Shown: positions 45,880-48,087 of the stretch, in pieces
Layout of the letters: each line of letters starts with the position of its first letter
Numbering within the stretch: position 1 is the stretch's first letter
Origin: an uncultured bacterium
GTDB taxonomy: Bacteria > Cyanobacteriota > Vampirovibrionia > LMEP-6097
Assembly: GCA_903930015.1 (NCBI GenBank)
Contig: CAIYXB010000083.1
Span: forward strand, 1 to 48,087
Direction: 5' to 3'
DNA length: 48,087 bases
Made by a program: the position numbers and the translations under genes
The notes under the pieces: generated by a model
Database searches by the model: none
Told to the model about the DNA's origin: nothing
What the model saw: the letters and a program-made list of their open reading frames with translations, nothing else

Positions 45880-47793
45880 ATGTGTGGAATAGCTGGATTT
45901 ACCAGATTTAACAAAAAAAATTATGATGCCACTATTGTGATTGAACAAATGTGCAATAAGATTGCTCATAGAGGTCCAGATGGTTATGGCTATGAAAATC
46001 AAGAAAAAATAAGCCTCGGTCACAGAAGATTGAGCATTGTTGACCTTGAAGGTGGAGCTCAACCAATATATAACCCAAATAATAATAGTTATATCGTTTT
46101 CAATGGTGAAATTTACAATTATAAGAAGTTACAAAAAGAACTTAAATTGAGAAATTATGAATTAAAGACAAGCAGCGATACCGAAGTAGTACTTGCACTT
46201 TATGAAATTCATGGATTAGATTTTCTACAATATCTAGAAGGTATGTTTGCTATAGCAATCTGGGATCAAAATAAAGAAAAACTGATTCTAGCAAAGGATC
46301 GAATGGGCGAAAAACCCATTTATTATCACATTAAAGATGGAGATATTGTTTTTTCTTCTGAATTGAAATCTATAGTAACTCATCCCGAGGTACCAAGAAT
46401 TATTTCACCTGAAGCTTTTAATAAATTTTTGACTTATGAATATATACCAAGCCCACACACGATACTAAAGAATATACACAAAGTTGAAGCAGGAGAGATT
46501 ATTTGCTTTGACAAAAATGGTGCAACAAAAAACTTTTATTGGAATTATCCAAGCCACAATCATTTGGAAGGAGATATTAATTTCAGCAAAGATGAACTAG
46601 TCCATCAACTAGATGAATTACTCAGAACCTCTATTGAGACCAGACTAATGGCAGATGTTCCTGTCGGAGTGCTTTTGAGTGGTGGGATAGATTCCAGTTT
46701 AGTAACTGCTATTGCAAGCGAGTTCACTGACAAGCTTCAAAGCTTTTCAATTTACTTCAATGAAAAGAGTTATGATGAATCAAATTATATAAAAAAAATC
46801 ACAAGTAAGTTTTCGCTTAATCATCATTCAGAATACTTGAGTTCAAAAGATATGGTTTCTATCTTTGATAAACTTGGAAATATTATGGATGAGCCCATGG
46901 CGGACCCATCAATTGTTCCGACATACTTTCTCTCAAAAATGACTTCAAAAAAAGTGAAAACCGTACTCGGTGGAGATGGAGCAGATGAAATATTTGCTGG
47001 ATACCCTACCTATACAGCAAATAAATTAATCCAAGCTTACAATGTTATACCTTTTGAAATAAGAACTTCTCTAACGAACTTCACCAAATCATTAATTGGT
47101 AAGGCAATACCAGTTTCTAATAACAATATTTCACTGGATTTTAAGTTGAAACAGTTCTTCAGAGGAGCAAATGTTGCAAGCGAAGTTCGCTTTTTTAGAT
47201 GGATGGGCGGATTTATAGACCAAGAAAAAAGAGATGTAATTAATAAAGACTTCCTAGAGCAATCATTAAGTGTATTTCCATACGAAGATATAAACCGACT
47301 TCTTTCAAGAGTAAACATACTTAATGAAACAGATCGTCTCTTATATTTAAGCCAAAAAATGTACCTAATGGATGATATTTTAGTAAAAACTGATAGAGCT
47401 AGCATGCAAAACTCTCTTGAGATTAGAGCACCATTTTTAGATCATAATATTGTTGAATTTGCCGCAGCTCTTCCATCACGCTTCAAGTTAAGAGGACTAA
47501 AGACTAAATATATCCTCAAAGAACTTGCACTAAAATATATCCCTAGCGAAATCGTGAATCGCCCCAAAAAAGGTTTTGGTATACCAATCACTGAATGGCT
47601 TAAAAATGATCTAAAAGAGCCTATGATGGATTTACTCTCAAAAAAATCACTAGATAAAGATGGTATTTTAAATTACCAAGGTGTTAATACTCTAATCAAA
47701 GAGCATCTAGAAGGGTCAGCAAACAACCGCAAGTTAATCTGGACTTTACTAACTTTCCAATTATGGAATAGAGAATTTAACGCAAGCATATGA
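45880..47793 (+). CDS. asnB: Asparagine synthase (glutamine-hydrolysing) family amidotransferase
   Basis: N-terminal nucleophile MCGIAG and PP-loop LSGGIDSS. 637 aa. Confidence 0.9.
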   Translation: MCGIAGFTRFNKKNYDATIVIEQMCNKIAHRGPDGYGYENQEKISLGHRRLSIVDLEGGAQPIYNPNNNSYIVFNGEIYNYKKLQKELKLRNYELKTSSDTEVVLALYEIHGLDFLQYLEGMFAIAIWDQNKEKLILAKDRMGEKPIYYHIKDGDIVFSSELKSIVTHPEVPRIISPEAFNKFLTYEYIPSPHTILKNIHKVEAGEIICFDKNGATKNFYWNYPSHNHLEGDINFSKDELVHQLDELLRTSIETRLMADVPVGVLLSGGIDSSLVTAIASEFTDKLQSFSIYFNEKSYDESNYIKKITSKFSLNHHSEYLSSKDMVSIFDKLGNIMDEPMADPSIVPTYFLSKMTSKKVKTVLGGDGADEIFAGYPTYTANKLIQAYNVIPFEIRTSLTNFTKSLIGKAIPVSNNNISLDFKLKQFFRGANVASEVRFFRWMGGFIDQEKRDVINKDFLEQSLSVFPYEDINRLLSRVNILNETDRLLYLSQKMYLMDDILVKTDRASMQNSLEIRAPFLDHNIVEFAAALPSRFKLRGLKTKYILKELALKYIPSEIVNRPKKGFGIPITEWLKNDLKEPMMDLLSKKSLDKDGILNYQGVNTLIKEHLEGSANNRKLIWTLLTFQLWNREFNASI

Positions 47794-48087
47794 AAAAAGA
47801 ATGGTTTTACTTTAGTTTACTAAGTTTTGTATCAATAATATTTCGTTTTACTTACTCAATTCCAGTAGCCCTCCTTGATGATTCAGTCAAATATAAAATA
47901 CCTCTACAAATAATCCAAGCAAATAATTTTGATTGGATATTTGGAACAATCAACTTTAGTATCTTAACAAGAGTTGTAGCTTATTTTTTTCAAATAAATA
48001 ACTTTGGAGATGTATCTGGCATTATTGTTTTACAAAAAATCTTAGGAATGCTTTCAACCCTAATCTGTTTTTATTTAATACTTAAAA
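47790..48087 (+). CDS. Polytopic membrane protein, 5' part only (runs off the window)
   Basis: ATGA overlap with the asnB stop. Translation is MKKEWFYFSLLSFVSIIFRF..., hydrophobic. Not in the ORF track because it is open at the window end. Confidence 0.5.
   Translation, partial: MKKEWFYFSLLSFVSIIFRFTYSIPVALLDDSVKYKIPLQIIQANNFDWIFGTINFSILTRVVAYFFQINNFGDVSGIIVLQKILGMLSTLICFYLILK

Noticed and set aside
3117-47405. Numerous 60-120-aa antisense or out-of-frame ORFs nested inside well-supported genes (for example 3117-3308, 3987-4199, 7183-7410, 10965-11234, 11487-11753, 13562-14106, 16636-17091, 17062-17268, 18390-18581, 22134-22406, 26419-26679, 28219-28554, 28769-29050, 30668-31128, 31796-32041, 32833-33021, 33740-33955, 34147-34752, 34928-35347, 37614-38142, 38958-39164, 40640-41538, 41727-41987, 45853-46062, 47037-47405)
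   Set aside because: Each lies within a longer ORF that carries clear family motifs on another frame or strand. Their compositions are typical of shadow ORFs in AT-rich DNA.
1-48087. Alternative genetic code (UGA recoding), as seen in some AT-rich candidate phyla
   Set aside because: All conserved genes are full length under the standard code, and TGA is used as a stop (for example asnB and cobA). There are no in-frame TGA interruptions.

Overview
AT-rich, gene-dense bacterial chromosomal window. About 55 protein genes, and I found no rRNA, tRNA or CRISPR array. Most genes are housekeeping: rluD, lspA, recF plus a DUF721 gene, argB, rnc, accB, efp, comF, rodZ, truB, rbfA, ribBA, uvrC, recA, gdh, ubiE/menG, trmH, trpC and asnB. 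There is a large two-operon assimilatory sulfate-reduction and siroheme cluster at 34.6-43.0 kb. Accessory-looking genes are interspersed: a solitary short flagellin, a caspase-fold protein, an animal-type haem peroxidase, Ig-like and other secreted proteins, an alpha/beta hydrolase, and an orphan module of small proteins plus a membrane protein at 17.1-19.3 kb. Gene content and synteny look cyanobacteria-like: efp-accB, a ferredoxin-type Sir, a UPF0284 CobT-like protein, the RecA sequence, and LptD together with flagellin. This could fit a non-photosynthetic Melainabacteria/Vampirovibrionia-type lineage, but that is inference only. The most unusual signal is non-coding. A ~142-nt intergenic element that folds into a long hairpin occurs three times at full length and once as a 71-nt internally deleted form. 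All four copies are in the same orientation, and substitutions in the two stem arms are compensatory between copies. A second, unrelated ~59-nt hairpin element sits immediately 3' of two genes. No transposase, integrase, reverse transcriptase or known defence gene is visible in the window.
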